A stretch of 64,000 bases of DNA from Promethearchaeota archaeon (lineage in GTDB: Archaea; Asgardarchaeota; Lokiarchaeia; Sigyniarchaeales; SOKP01). Shown here one piece after another: positions 41,231 to 52,320 of the stretch. The stretch is from NCBI GenBank assembly GCA_048938855.1, contig JBHLLT010000001.1:352124-416123 (forward strand), written 5' to 3'. The translations under genes and the position numbers were made by a program. Position 1 is the stretch's first letter, and the number at the start of each line of letters is the position of its first letter. The notes below the pieces were generated by a model, which was not told the DNA's origin, searched no databases, and saw nothing but the letters and a program-made list of their open reading frames with translations.

Positions 41231-43243
41231 TCACGCTTTTATTTTATTTGTTTGTTTTATTTCCTTAATTTTGTCCCTTAAATAAGCAGCATCTTCAAAT
41301 CTTAACTCTTTAGCTGCCATGAACATTTTATCCTCCAAATATTGAATAACTATATCAATATCTCCTTCTGCTCTTAACCGATTTATTTTATCTTTAACTG
41401 TTTGTTTTAGTTTCTTCACTTCTTTGTCTTTAAATTCTTGTTCTTCTGAAAGAGATTGTAAGATATTCTTCTTAATTGTCTGAGGTGTGATATTATGTTC
41501 TTCATTATATTTAATCTGTTTATTTCTTCTTCTATTAGTCTCATCTATTGCTGCTCTCATTGATGGCGAAATCCTATCTGCATATAATATCGCTTTTCCA
41601 TCAACATTTCTGGAAGCTCTACCGATGGTTTGTATTAATGATCGAGTGTCTCTTAAAAATCCCAGCTTATCTGCATCAAGAATGGCAACTAATTGAACTT
41701 CAGGCAAGTCAAGCCCCTCTCTCAAAAGATTAATTCCTACGAGGACATCAAATGTACCGTCTCTCAATTGACGTAAGATCTCAAATCTTTCAACAGTATC
41801 CACTTCTGAATGTAAATATGTTATTTTCAATCCTAATTCATTGTAATATTCAGCGATATCTTCAGACATTCTTTTAGTAAGAGTGGTTATAAGAGTCCTT
41901 CCGTTGTTCTTTATGACTTTTCTAACCTCACCTAACAAATCATCTATTTGATTTTTAGCAGGCCTTATCTCCACTTTCGGATCAACAAGACCAGTTGGTC
42001 GAATAATTTGTTCGGCAGAAATACCCCCACTTCTTTCTAACTCATAATCTCCGGGAGTTGCACTCATAAAAATTATGGTATCAATTTTCTTCTCCCATTC
42101 TTCAAATGTAAGAGGTCTATTATCATACGCACTTGGTAATCGCCATCCATAATCTACAAGGTTTTTCTTACGTGACCGATCTCCCCCAATCATTCCATGA
42201 ATTTGCGGAATTGTAATATGGGATTCATCCACAACTATTAGGAATTCATCTGGAAAATAATCCATTAAAGTCATCGGAGGTGTCCCAGGAGGTCTTCCAT
42301 CCAAGGGTCTAGAATAATTCTCTACACCTTTACACCATCCCATCTCTTTCATCATTTCCATATCAAATTTAACTCTCCTCTCGATTCTTTGAGCTTCAGC
42401 ATACTTTTTCTGATCTTTGAAGAATTTTACACGATCTTCCAGTTCCTCACTTATTAAATCAAGTGCTTTTATCTTATTTTCATCAGGAATGATGAAATGC
42501 GTTGCAGGGAATACTCTATAATTCGGAACCTTATTGATTGGACTATTTGTCAATGGATGAATTTCGGTAATAGATTCAATTTCATCCCCAAATAAAGAAA
42601 TCCTAACTCCATTATTCAAATACGCTGGATATATATCAACAATATCTCCTTTAACTCTTACAATTCCAGGTTTAAATTCAATTTCATTCCGTTCATAATT
42701 CATTTTTACCAATTTCTTTAAAATTTCAGATCGCTTAATTTTTAAACCGGTTTCAACATAGAGGGCTATCTTTTCCCAGAGATCAGGGTTTCCAAGTCCA
42801 TAAATACACGATACAGTTGCAACAACTATTACATCTCTTCGAGTTCTGACAGCATGAGCAGCAGCAAGTCTCAATCGTTCAATTTCTTCATTAACATTAA
42901 AATCTTTTTCTATATATAATCCTGAAATTGGCATATATGCTTCTGGTTGGTAATAATCATAATAAGATACAAAATAATGGACTGCATTTTGAGGAAATAA
43001 CTCTTTGAGTTCATTATATAACTGAGCAGCTAATGTTTTATTCGGTGCCATTACTAACGTCGGTTTTTGAATTTCCTGAATAATATTTGCTATTGAAAAA
43101 GTTTTTCCTGTCCCAGTTGCTCCTAATAAGGTTTGAAATTGTTTCCCATCCTTTATGTTCTTTGCAAGTGCGGAGATTGCTGAAGGTTGATCCCCTGCAG
43201 GTTTGAACTCTGTGTGTAATTTAAAACCAACGCTCATAAACAA
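41231..43243 (-). CDS. uvrB: Excinuclease ABC subunit B
   Basis: GATGTGKT, YYDYYQPEAY, DESH, GINLLREGLDLPEV, C-terminal UVR domain. Confidence 0.97.
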   Translation of the reverse strand: MFMSVGFKLHTEFKPAGDQPSAISALAKNIKDGKQFQTLLGATGTGKTFSIANIIQEIQKPTLVMAPNKTLAAQLYNELKELFPQNAVHYFVSYYDYYQPEAYMPISGLYIEKDFNVNEEIERLRLAAAHAVRTRRDVIVVATVSCIYGLGNPDLWEKIALYVETGLKIKRSEILKKLVKMNYERNEIEFKPGIVRVKGDIVDIYPAYLNNGVRISLFGDEIESITEIHPLTNSPINKVPNYRVFPATHFIIPDENKIKALDLISEELEDRVKFFKDQKKYAEAQRIERRVKFDMEMMKEMGWCKGVENYSRPLDGRPPGTPPMTLMDYFPDEFLIVVDESHITIPQIHGMIGGDRSRKKNLVDYGWRLPSAYDNRPLTFEEWEKKIDTIIFMSATPGDYELERSGGISAEQIIRPTGLVDPKVEIRPAKNQIDDLLGEVRKVIKNNGRTLITTLTKRMSEDIAEYYNELGLKITYLHSEVDTVERFEILRQLRDGTFDVLVGINLLREGLDLPEVQLVAILDADKLGFLRDTRSLIQTIGRASRNVDGKAILYADRISPSMRAAIDETNRRRNKQIKYNEEHNITPQTIKKNILQSLSEEQEFKDKEVKKLKQTVKDKINRLRAEGDIDIVIQYLEDKMFMAAKELRFEDAAYLRDKIKEIKQTNKIKA

Positions 43244-43380
43244 TAAACAAATTTTTATAAATAAATTATAAATTAACTTATGCGAATATATATAAGATAA
43301 GTCTATAGATATTCTAATGAAACATTATCTTATGATTTTTACTAAAAATAGAAAAGGTAAAAAATAGAAAAAGTTAATAT

Positions 43381-46300
43381 CTATGATATCACTGTTTCTT
43401 GGTGAATATCCTCTGCTCCTTCTATAGTACGGACTAAAAATTCTAAAATGTCGTTAACATTAATAATTCCAAGTCTGGATTCGATTGTAGCCATACTAAT
43501 TGTTAATTCTATCGTACTACCACTTGCAATTTCATACCCATTGTCCGATGTAAATGCATTTGCAGAAAAGTATGTGTTATTAATATAAACTGAATCAACA
43601 GTAACATTGAAATCTCCATTATTTTCAATTAAAATGGTCACATCTCCTGAATCAGACGCAGATGTACCTCCATCATTAATATTTATATTATAATATTCGG
43701 AATCTACGAAAGCAGTAAGAGTTTCGTTTGTCTCTGCTAAGGAAGTTGTTGTGACTCTAATATTACACTCATCTGACTTATTTATCATTAAGTCTGGAAT
43801 ATCAAATGTTACAATCGCGCATTCTTGTATATCTAAAGAGGAATCTCCATAAATATAATCAGTATTATTCACTAATGTGTTATTTACATAAATATCACTT
43901 AAAGTAACTGGTTGATTTCCCGTATTTTTAATTAATAGTTTTCCGGTTTCATTTGCATAAATAATGGATGAACTAACACCTTGCACATTTTTCAGTATTT
44001 TAATACTTGGTTCATCTTTAATAGTCTGTATGTATCCGATATCAGAAGCGACAGTGCCGAATTCTCCAAAAGCCCCAGTGATACATACTAATATATCTTC
44101 ATTTTCTTCTCCAGTTAGTCCATATTTCGCATCACCAGGATCATTTGTGTCAACATTTATTACAATTACATCTTCTTCATTACTTTCTAGGTTTAGAAAT
44201 CCACTCCTTGTATGGAAATCATCGCTGTCAACTTCGATCAGTGATTCTTTTAAATATACAGAATCTAAACCAAATATGATATCGCCAGTATTTTTTACAT
44301 ATATATTCAACTCAATAGTACCATTATCATATGTATAAGCTACAGATTTGTTGAAATCAATTGGTATTTGTTTCCTATAATTTGTGCTAAGCATCGCTAA
44401 TTCTTCAGGCGATGCAATCCGATCTGGTCTTAAAATTGATAATGAATAGTCTTCTGTATTTGATGTAAACAGTATTTCGTCAAATATATTATTTGGAGTT
44501 GCTACCCCTATTTTATTATATTCTTTGATAGGGAAGAAGTCTATTGTGGCATCTTCTATTTTGACAAAAGCTTTATCACTAGGCGCAAGAGTAGGAGATC
44601 CACTCAGATATGTTACTTTTTCTGGATCAATCCTATTTTCCACAGTATCACTATTAGCATAAAATCTATCTAATACTACAATTGATTCTCCTGTATTTTC
44701 TACCTCAAGGTATAGATCAACGGTAGAAGGATCTTTTTGAATAACTATGCTATTTTCTTTATTGATTTTAATTTCTCCTTCTTGTGCTTCTCTAACAAAG
44801 AAATTGCTTGTACTGTTGGAAAACGAATAATCCCTATTGAATAATGCCTGTGATTGAGCGTCTACATCAATTGTAACAACATCATCTATTTGAAAATTTG
44901 CATCTGTAGTATTAACCCAAACAAGTGCTTCAGAACCTGGTTCAACATAATTATCCGCTATGAAAAAATCATAATTTGTTTTATTAATAGCGACGTTTTT
45001 TATGTATAATTCTTTTTTACCTGTATTTATGAGTTTGAATGTAGCATATCCTTTATCAGTAACCCTTGGATTTTTTATAACAAAACTGGAATCCAATATT
45101 GTATAATCCACTCTATACAATTTTACCAAATGGGCATGAGAAAAATATGTAGGGATAAATATCATGGAATCATATAATCCATTCTCTGGGATATGATCAG
45201 ACCATAGATCTCCATCATTATCTCGCCTATTAGTAATTACATTTACATAATTTTGCTCAAAATAGTTTAATGTATCCTGAGTACCGGATGTTTTTTCACC
45301 TCCAAATAAAAGGTGAATCAATTGACTGTTAAACCATGCATCCTTCATGGCCCCTGTAGTTTGATTTATATAATCATTCATATCAAAAACAGCATTATCA
45401 GCCCAGTTATCTTCTTCCCAGCCGAACTGTTTATATTTTTCATAATTATCGTTACAAATCTGGACCATCCAAGTCCACTTACCCTCATCTCCGCCCAAAT
45501 TATTAATCAGATAACCCCAGTATACTAAAACATAATCAGCATGTAATCTTCGCAATGCCTTAAGGCTATATCGCTCATTGGTTTGCATCAACGCCATTCC
45601 AGTTAAACCTATTCGAGTTGAGTTTTTGGTAGCATTATCATTCACGGTTGTTACGTTACCTATAGGAGTGAGCCAATAACCATAATCCCACCACGATACT
45701 ACCACATTTGTCCCTTTAAGATTAGTTCTCATCCATGTTAAGCTTTCTTCCCAATCGTGAAGTTGCCCTCCAGGTGCAATTTGAGCAAATGACATTTGTG
45801 TTATTGCTATATTTGTGGTATGAGCCACCTGGGCATATAATAAAACTCCTACAAGAAGGTAAACAACTAACACTTCAGAACTTCCTAAAGTTCCTTTTAG
45901 TTGTCTTTTTCTTTTTCTGCTAATACCAACTTTTCTTTCTCCAATGAAACTCCCAAAAATTTTTAATACGCTAGCTAAACCATAGGCTCCTGCTAATGAT
46001 GCTGCTGGAGCAAAAATCAGTATGATACGAATCATACTACCTGTAAAATAGTACATTAAAATAATGAAGACGATAACAAAAATATCAGCAGCATTTAATC
46101 TTTTAAAACAAAAATAAATACCCAACGGTACAAGAATCAATGGAATTAATGTATTATAATAAAATACAGCCCAATTACTAGGCATTTGTTCTGCTACTGA
46201 AGCTACAAGGCTAACATCTTCTCGAAAAAGCGGATTAAGAATTGTCCAAAATCGTGAACCAAATCCAAAAGGTAATATATGAGGCGCAACCCAAAGAATT

Positions 46301-47268
46301 ACGGCAAAAATTAGAACAGTAGGAATTGCTCCCCATTTTATCGTATTTATTAATCGATAATAAAAATTTGGATGTTCAGTCCTTTTGGTATGTATGATAT
46401 GGAATATAAGTAAAATAATAGTGAAGAAAAAAATACCACCAATATCTAGATCTGTAAATAAACTTCCAGGATTAAACCTTTTATATAAAGCAAAAATCAA
46501 TAAACCAGTTCCTTGAACTCCGGCGTAAGATATTAAAACATTTTCGCTATATTTATTTGTTAATATTAAGATAATGCTTATTATAGGAATTACTAAATAA
46601 ACAAACTGATATCCACCCCAACTTAAAGAGAGATATCCTAAAAATATACCAGCAATAACGGAATGTGAAAACCTGCCCGTTCTTAAAGCTTTTAAGAAAA
46701 ATAAAAATATCATTAATGTAGCAAAAACACCAATAGTTTCATTATCAAAAAATCCCGCGGTAGTCCGTTGTAAATATCCAGGATTGAAAGCTAAAAAGAA
46801 TGCTGCAAATAGTCCAGTCGCCCGATTGTTCACTTCTTTGCCTAAAAAATATATCACTAATACAGTTAATCCTCCCATAAATGCTGGAAAATAGAAACAT
46901 ACATCATACATTGAAATATTGAATCCAAAGAAATTAAAGATTTTATGGAAAATAACTACTGTAAATGTTAATCCGGGTCGTAAACCACCTCTAAAATGAC
47001 CCTGAGGAAACCAACTTTTATAGTCAACCCAATGGAAATATTGATACATTGTATGTGTATCTAAATATTCGGCATTATACCACTGAATCCAAGGATCGAA
47101 AGCTTTAATCAGAGTAATATCTCTTATGAGGGGGCTTAATCTAACGATTATGGCTAAAACTACTATTAGAAATATTGCTGTAAAGAATAAGATATTTCTT
47201 GTTTTTATTGATACCGAAGTTTTGATTCGATCTCGGAAGTTTCTAAGTGAAGTGCCGATTTTAGCCAT
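43381..47268 (-). CDS. aglB: Oligosaccharyltransferase AglB/STT3 with long C-terminal beta-sandwich extension
   Basis: FDP, GFFDNE, SVAEQ, WWDYG and DEGK motifs; ~13 TM. Confidence 0.93.
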   Translation of the reverse strand: MAKIGTSLRNFRDRIKTSVSIKTRNILFFTAIFLIVVLAIIVRLSPLIRDITLIKAFDPWIQWYNAEYLDTHTMYQYFHWVDYKSWFPQGHFRGGLRPGLTFTVVIFHKIFNFFGFNISMYDVCFYFPAFMGGLTVLVIYFLGKEVNNRATGLFAAFFLAFNPGYLQRTTAGFFDNETIGVFATLMIFLFFLKALRTGRFSHSVIAGIFLGYLSLSWGGYQFVYLVIPIISIILILTNKYSENVLISYAGVQGTGLLIFALYKRFNPGSLFTDLDIGGIFFFTIILLIFHIIHTKRTEHPNFYYRLINTIKWGAIPTVLIFAVILWVAPHILPFGFGSRFWTILNPLFREDVSLVASVAEQMPSNWAVFYYNTLIPLILVPLGIYFCFKRLNAADIFVIVFIILMYYFTGSMIRIILIFAPAASLAGAYGLASVLKIFGSFIGERKVGISRKRKRQLKGTLGSSEVLVVYLLVGVLLYAQVAHTTNIAITQMSFAQIAPGGQLHDWEESLTWMRTNLKGTNVVVSWWDYGYWLTPIGNVTTVNDNATKNSTRIGLTGMALMQTNERYSLKALRRLHADYVLVYWGYLINNLGGDEGKWTWMVQICNDNYEKYKQFGWEEDNWADNAVFDMNDYINQTTGAMKDAWFNSQLIHLLFGGEKTSGTQDTLNYFEQNYVNVITNRRDNDGDLWSDHIPENGLYDSMIFIPTYFSHAHLVKLYRVDYTILDSSFVIKNPRVTDKGYATFKLINTGKKELYIKNVAINKTNYDFFIADNYVEPGSEALVWVNTTDANFQIDDVVTIDVDAQSQALFNRDYSFSNSTSNFFVREAQEGEIKINKENSIVIQKDPSTVDLYLEVENTGESIVVLDRFYANSDTVENRIDPEKVTYLSGSPTLAPSDKAFVKIEDATIDFFPIKEYNKIGVATPNNIFDEILFTSNTEDYSLSILRPDRIASPEELAMLSTNYRKQIPIDFNKSVAYTYDNGTIELNIYVKNTGDIIFGLDSVYLKESLIEVDSDDFHTRSGFLNLESNEEDVIVINVDTNDPGDAKYGLTGEENEDILVCITGAFGEFGTVASDIGYIQTIKDEPSIKILKNVQGVSSSIIYANETGKLLIKNTGNQPVTLSDIYVNNTLVNNTDYIYGDSSLDIQECAIVTFDIPDLMINKSDECNIRVTTTSLAETNETLTAFVDSEYYNININDGGTSASDSGDVTILIENNGDFNVTVDSVYINNTYFSANAFTSDNGYEIASGSTIELTISMATIESRLGIINVNDILEFLVRTIEGAEDIHQETVIS

Positions 47269-47399
47269 AATTTCTCAATCTGACTTAATAATACTCATAA
47301 TTAAATTTTGTTTATAAAAAAAATCCTTAAGATTAAAATGTTTTTCTTTATTCCAACATTTTGTAAAGATCAAAATGCTTAAAATATAGATAACAAAAA

Positions 47400-48278
47400 G
47401 TGAAATATTTTGATAGAAAAAGATTATATAAGATGTTAAATTCTAAGTTTCTTTTCAAAATCTATTATATTGGAACAAATGAATATTTTGGATCCCAAAG
47501 ACAACCGAATTTAAAGACAATTGAAGAATGCATATTAAACGCTTTAATAAGTAAAGGTTACATCCAAGATACTGAAAAATCCAAGTTTGAGTTTGCAAGT
47601 AGAACAGATAGATATGTCTCTGCTAGGGGAGCTTGTTTTACGTGCATAACAGAAAGGGAACCAACTCTTATGGAAATTAATACTGCTTTACCTAAAGAGA
47701 TTGGAATTTGGGCTTATTCAGAAGTACCAATGGAGTTTATTTCTAGATTTGGAGCAATTTTGCGCCATTATGTATATATAGTACCTTACCCTATTTCCTA
47801 TTTTAAAAAAACGTCAGGAATTGATATAGATCTAATGAAAAAGGCTTGTAAAGATTTAGAAGGCAACCATGATTTTGAAAATTTTTCGAAAAAAGAAGAT
47901 GATAAGATAGTTACTATAAGAGATATGAATTTAGTAAGCTTATCAATATACGATGGGTATCTTGTCTTTCAATTTAAAAGTAGAGCATTTTTAAGACAGC
48001 AAGTTAGAAGAATGGTTAAAAAAGTTTTAGAATTAGGAATAAATGAAATATCTTATAAGGAGTTTTTAGATCTGTTTGATGTATCAAATAAATTCTCTTA
48101 TCAACCTGCTGATCCACAGGGATTGATTTTATGGGACATAAAATTTAATGAGAATATTGATTTTATTGTAGACCCAAAATCTAAAGAACGAATGGATAAC
48201 TATTTCATTAAGAAAAAATTAGATTATAATCTAAAATATCATTTATTCAGAGCTTTGCAACAAAACGATTTTAGCTAA
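47400..48278 (+). CDS. truA: tRNA pseudouridine(38-40) synthase TruA
   Basis: GSQRQP, ASRTDRYVSA, GNHDFENF, FLRQQVR. Confidence 0.9.
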   Translation: MKYFDRKRLYKMLNSKFLFKIYYIGTNEYFGSQRQPNLKTIEECILNALISKGYIQDTEKSKFEFASRTDRYVSARGACFTCITEREPTLMEINTALPKEIGIWAYSEVPMEFISRFGAILRHYVYIVPYPISYFKKTSGIDIDLMKKACKDLEGNHDFENFSKKEDDKIVTIRDMNLVSLSIYDGYLVFQFKSRAFLRQQVRRMVKKVLELGINEISYKEFLDLFDVSNKFSYQPADPQGLILWDIKFNENIDFIVDPKSKERMDNYFIKKKLDYNLKYHLFRALQQNDFS

Positions 48279-49214
48279 TAATGCTTGAAGTTGAATTTCC
48301 TCAGTTCCCCCTTGGCTCAGTCGATATTCAAATTCCGCTAACAATTTCAAAATCTCAATTTTCATATCTTCTGGAATATTTAAATCGTAAATTTCTCGAT
48401 ATATATTTTTAATGATATTTTGCCCAGAAAGTCCATACTCTTTAATTAATTCATTCAAAAGTTTAATAGACAGTTGTAGTTGGGCTTCTAATGCAGTGTT
48501 CAAAATTTCTTTTATTTTTTCAGGAGGAACTTCTCCTGCAACACGAAATACAATATCTTGATCAATTTTTTTGGAAATTGTGCCGCAAGATTGTAAATAA
48601 TTTATTGCTCTTCTACAATCACCTCGAGAAACATTAACAATGGCATTTAATCCTCCAGAGGTAAAGGTAATATTTTCTTGTTTAGCTACATATTTTACTC
48701 TTAACTTTATATCTTCATTATTTAAAGATGCAAATCTGAACACTACACATCTTGATTGTATTGGTGGTATGATTTTATTAGAATAATTACATATCAAAAT
48801 CATTCGACAATTCTTTGTATATTTCTCCATTGTTCTCCTTAAAGCTTGTTGAGCGGGAGCTGTCATATTATCAGCTTCATCAAGAATTAGTACTTTGAAT
48901 GTGATATCTGTAGGCGGTCGTGCTCGAGCAAAATCTTTTATATAAGTCCTAATTACATCAATTCCACGGGCATCACTCGCATTTAGTTCTAAATATGTCT
49001 TATTTACAGCCATTTTTCTTTCATACAATTCTCTTACCATTGCCAATGCGGATGTAGTTTTTCCGGTTCCTGCAGGTCCAGCAAAAATGAGATGGGGCAT
49101 TGATTTGTCAAGTACAAATTGCTTTAAACGTCTGATTATTCCCTTTTGATTTACAATATCATCCAGCACTCTTGGTCGATATTTCTCAACCCATGGTCTA
49201 TTCTCAAAAGACAT
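48243..49214 (-). CDS. rfcS: Replication factor C small subunit
   Basis: PWVEKYRP, GPAGTGKT, ELNASD, LDEAD, IQSRC. Confidence 0.96.
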   Translation of the reverse strand: MSFENRPWVEKYRPRVLDDIVNQKGIIRRLKQFVLDKSMPHLIFAGPAGTGKTTSALAMVRELYERKMAVNKTYLELNASDARGIDVIRTYIKDFARARPPTDITFKVLILDEADNMTAPAQQALRRTMEKYTKNCRMILICNYSNKIIPPIQSRCVVFRFASLNNEDIKLRVKYVAKQENITFTSGGLNAIVNVSRGDCRRAINYLQSCGTISKKIDQDIVFRVAGEVPPEKIKEILNTALEAQLQLSIKLLNELIKEYGLSGQNIIKNIYREIYDLNIPEDMKIEILKLLAEFEYRLSQGGTEEIQLQALLAKIVLLQSSE

Positions 49215-49315
49215 ACTTTTTAGATATACTTTAAATTTTATATTATTATCTTAAGAATTAAATTTTCTTAATTCTTTATTAATATTCATATCTATAAAAA
49301 AACAATGAGATATGT

Positions 49316-50620
49316 ATGACTGATTTTAAAATAACCAAAATTAAGGCAAGATGGATTTTAGATTCTCGGGGAAATCCAACTGTAGAATCTGATGTTTTTG
49401 CTGGAAAGCAATTTTCAAGAGCCGCTGTTCCTTCGGGAGCATCTACCGGTCTGTTAGAAGCATTGGAATTACGGGACGGAGGAAAAGATTTCTTGGGAAA
49501 ACATGTACTAAAAGCAGTTAACAATGTAAATGAAACATTGGGCAAAAAATTAATTGGATTTGATGTTAGAGAGCAGGATATAATAGATGCAGAAATGATC
49601 TCGCTTGATGGTACAGAAAATAAGAGTAATTTGGGTGCTAATGCAATATTATCAGTTTCATTAGCGACAGCTAGATTAGCTGCCCAACTATCTGACGTAC
49701 CTTTATTTGAATACCTTTATAAGCTAGCATATAATAAAACCAGAAATGATTTCTTGCTTCCAATTCCTTGTTGTAATATCATAAATGGAGGTGAACATGC
49801 AGGTAATAACCTATCAGTTCAAGAGTTTATGGTTTTACCGGTAGGAGCTAATTCCTTTTCTCAGGCAATACAAAATGTAGCTGAAGTATATCAAACTTTA
49901 AAGAAATTGTTACTTAAGGAGTATGGACCATCTTCAATCAATGTTGGAGATGAAGGGGGATTTGCGCCAAATTTAAAACTGACATCCGAAGCTGTAGATA
50001 TAATTATTGAAGCAATTGAAACCGCAGGATTTTTAATGGGCACTGATTTTGTCTTGGGTATGGATGCTGCTGCTAGTGAATTTTTTGAAGAAGATTTTTA
50101 TAATATTGATGGTAGAAGGCTCTCTAAAGATGAATTATTAGAATATTATATGGAGTTAATCCGTGAATATCCTTTCAAATCAATTGAGGATCCTTTTGAC
50201 GAAGAAGACTTTGGGAGCTTTGCAAAGATCTCAGCAAAAGTCGATAATTCTATTCAAATTGTTGATGATGATATAACCGTAACTAATATTAAGATTTTAG
50301 AGAAGGCCATTAATCAAAAAGCTGGAAATGCTTTATTACTTAAAGTAAATCAAATAGGTTCTTTAACTGAAGCCATTAAGGCCGCAAAAATGTCTTTTAA
50401 TAATGGTTTTAATGTTATGGTTTCTCATCGTTCTGGTGAAACAGAAGATACTTTCATCGCAGATTTAGCAGTTGGACTATGTACAGGTCAAATGAAGAGT
50501 GGCGCTACTTGTCGCTCAGAACGAACCTGCAAGTTTAATCAATTACTCAGAATTGAAGAAATGTTAGGAGAAAATGCGAAATTTCCCAAAAAATTAGATT
50601 CTTGGAAAAGCTTCATATAA
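49316..50620 (+). CDS. eno: Enolase
   Basis: DSRGNPTVE, VPSGASTG, GDEGGFAP, LKVNQIG, SHRSGETED. Confidence 0.97.
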   Translation: MTDFKITKIKARWILDSRGNPTVESDVFAGKQFSRAAVPSGASTGLLEALELRDGGKDFLGKHVLKAVNNVNETLGKKLIGFDVREQDIIDAEMISLDGTENKSNLGANAILSVSLATARLAAQLSDVPLFEYLYKLAYNKTRNDFLLPIPCCNIINGGEHAGNNLSVQEFMVLPVGANSFSQAIQNVAEVYQTLKKLLLKEYGPSSINVGDEGGFAPNLKLTSEAVDIIIEAIETAGFLMGTDFVLGMDAAASEFFEEDFYNIDGRRLSKDELLEYYMELIREYPFKSIEDPFDEEDFGSFAKISAKVDNSIQIVDDDITVTNIKILEKAINQKAGNALLLKVNQIGSLTEAIKAAKMSFNNGFNVMVSHRSGETEDTFIADLAVGLCTGQMKSGATCRSERTCKFNQLLRIEEMLGENAKFPKKLDSWKSFI

Positions 50621-50622
50621 CT

Positions 50623-51288
50623 TTAATAATCAAAATCCTTGTTATTTTTTTTTAAAAACCGGTATACATCAACATTAATTTGCTTAAGCTTTTTTTTGTG
50701 GAATGGAAATGTTCTTTCTAAAACCATATTGAAAGGAAGAACATTATCAATTTTCCAGTTATATTGGTTTATATAATTTGAAATAAATTTGTGGACTTTT
50801 GGATTTCTTAGATGAATTGAATAGACAACATCTGAAAAATCAAATGATTTACCTAGAAAGATTCTATCTGCAAAACTCTTTTGAACTCCAAAAGGAGGAT
50901 TCATAATTGTTGTTATTTTCATATCAATTGGTAAAAATCTTCTTGATATCTCAAAATATTCAATATCTGCACATATAGGAAATATGACATGATTTAACCC
51001 TAAAGATAATACATTTCTTCTTAAAGTATTTAAAGCAAGTATATCAATATCAACACTTAATACGAAATTTGCTTTAAGAAAAGCACTAGCTATTGACAAT
51101 CTTCCAGTTCCAGCACCTAGATCAATTATAAAAGCGTTATTAATATCATTATATTCAAAACCTGCATAATAAATTATATCTACAGCACAATTTGCATCGA
51201 TACAATACTGTTCTAATTTAATTTTAGGAGTAATGAAAGATTCGGTTTTCTGTATAATAGAGATTAATTCTTTTTTGCTAAATTTCAT
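50623..51288 (-). CDS. METTL5-like N6-adenine RNA methyltransferase
   Basis: PKIKLEQY, DLGAGTG, MNPPFG, VYSIH. Confidence 0.9.
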   Translation of the reverse strand: MKFSKKELISIIQKTESFITPKIKLEQYCIDANCAVDIIYYAGFEYNDINNAFIIDLGAGTGRLSIASAFLKANFVLSVDIDILALNTLRRNVLSLGLNHVIFPICADIEYFEISRRFLPIDMKITTIMNPPFGVQKSFADRIFLGKSFDFSDVVYSIHLRNPKVHKFISNYINQYNWKIDNVLPFNMVLERTFPFHKKKLKQINVDVYRFLKKNNKDFDY

Positions 51289-51390
51289 CCAAAAAAATGT
51301 TTGCTCTTTTAAAATTAATACATTAAATTTATTTATCTTATTTAATAATATTTACTTAAATTAGAAAGAGTTTGAGAAATTAAAAAACTA

Positions 51391-52002
51391 TTGCTGATAA
51401 TATTGAGTAAGAAATCCCTAAAAGATGGAGAGATAGTTTTAACCGGGGAAAAACTTGGAGTAGTCGAGGAATTCCTCCCTGATAAACAATCTACATTCAC
51501 TAAAGATGGTAAAATCTTTGCAAGTAAATCAGGTATGATTAGTATTAACGAAAAAGAAAGGAAAATTGAAATTAGTACACATCAAGAAAAAGATCGAAAA
51601 GTCGTAAAAATCGGAGATATAGTCATTGGCTCAATTCTTTTTTTACGTCAATATTCTGTTGGAATAAATTTTTATACAATTAATAAAAAGATACATTTTA
51701 ATTCAAGTTATTTTGGTAATATACATGTCTCACAGATTTCAGATAGATATGTAGAAAAAATTAGTGATGCTTTTCAAATAACGGATATTGTAAGAGCTCG
51801 TGTAATAGAGCAAGATTATAATGAATATAAATTAAGTACAGCTGGTAAGGATTTAGGTGTTATTTATGCAGATTGTGTAATCTGTGGAGATCCGCTTCAA
51901 AAAATAGGTCACAATAAATTAAAATGTGATCGTTGTGGTAATGTGGAAAGTAGAAAAATTGCTGAGGATTATGGAAATGTGAGAAATAATCTACGGTTCT
52001 AA
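51391..52002 (+). CDS. csl4: Exosome RNA-binding subunit Csl4
   Basis: GEKLGVVEEF, S1 domain (IHVSQ, DIVRARV), DLGVI, Zn ribbon, ESRKIA. Confidence 0.92.
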   Translation: MLIILSKKSLKDGEIVLTGEKLGVVEEFLPDKQSTFTKDGKIFASKSGMISINEKERKIEISTHQEKDRKVVKIGDIVIGSILFLRQYSVGINFYTINKKIHFNSSYFGNIHVSQISDRYVEKISDAFQITDIVRARVIEQDYNEYKLSTAGKDLGVIYADCVICGDPLQKIGHNKLKCDRCGNVESRKIAEDYGNVRNNLRF

Positions 52003-52039
52003 TATTTTTCTTAATACAAAATTTGTAAGGGTTTATCAA

Positions 52040-52258
52040 GTGAGAAAGTTAGGAAAAAAGGTCATTCATTTTTATAATAACAGCGGTTCATTGGAGAACA
52101 CTATTAAATTTCTTGAAAATGTTCAAAAAAAAGTTAATTATTTAAATTTGAACGTTTCTGTTGAAGGAAAAAGCATTAAAGTAACGCTTTTTGGTTCAAG
52201 GGATCTTCAACATTTAGCAACTGAAAGATTAAAAGATTTAGCAAATCAATTTTTGTAA
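52040..52258 (+). CDS. Small protein resembling the N-terminal domain of DUF2067
   Basis: 72-aa alpha/beta pattern (..VEGKSIKVTLFGS..); lies between csl4 and rpoL, where I recall DUF2067 in TACK genomes. Confidence 0.55.
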   Translation: MRKLGKKVIHFYNNSGSLENTIKFLENVQKKVNYLNLNVSVEGKSIKVTLFGSRDLQHLATERLKDLANQFL

Positions 52259-52320
52259 AATCTTTTAAAAACCATAAAAAATTTATTTTATTTTAAATAC
52301 TTTTTATTAAGTCCTTATCG

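Noticed and set aside
48243-48278. 36-nt convergent overlap of truA and rfcS (also taw1/engB and DUF362/M20)
   Set aside because: Short 3' overlaps are common in compact archaeal genomes; no evidence of function
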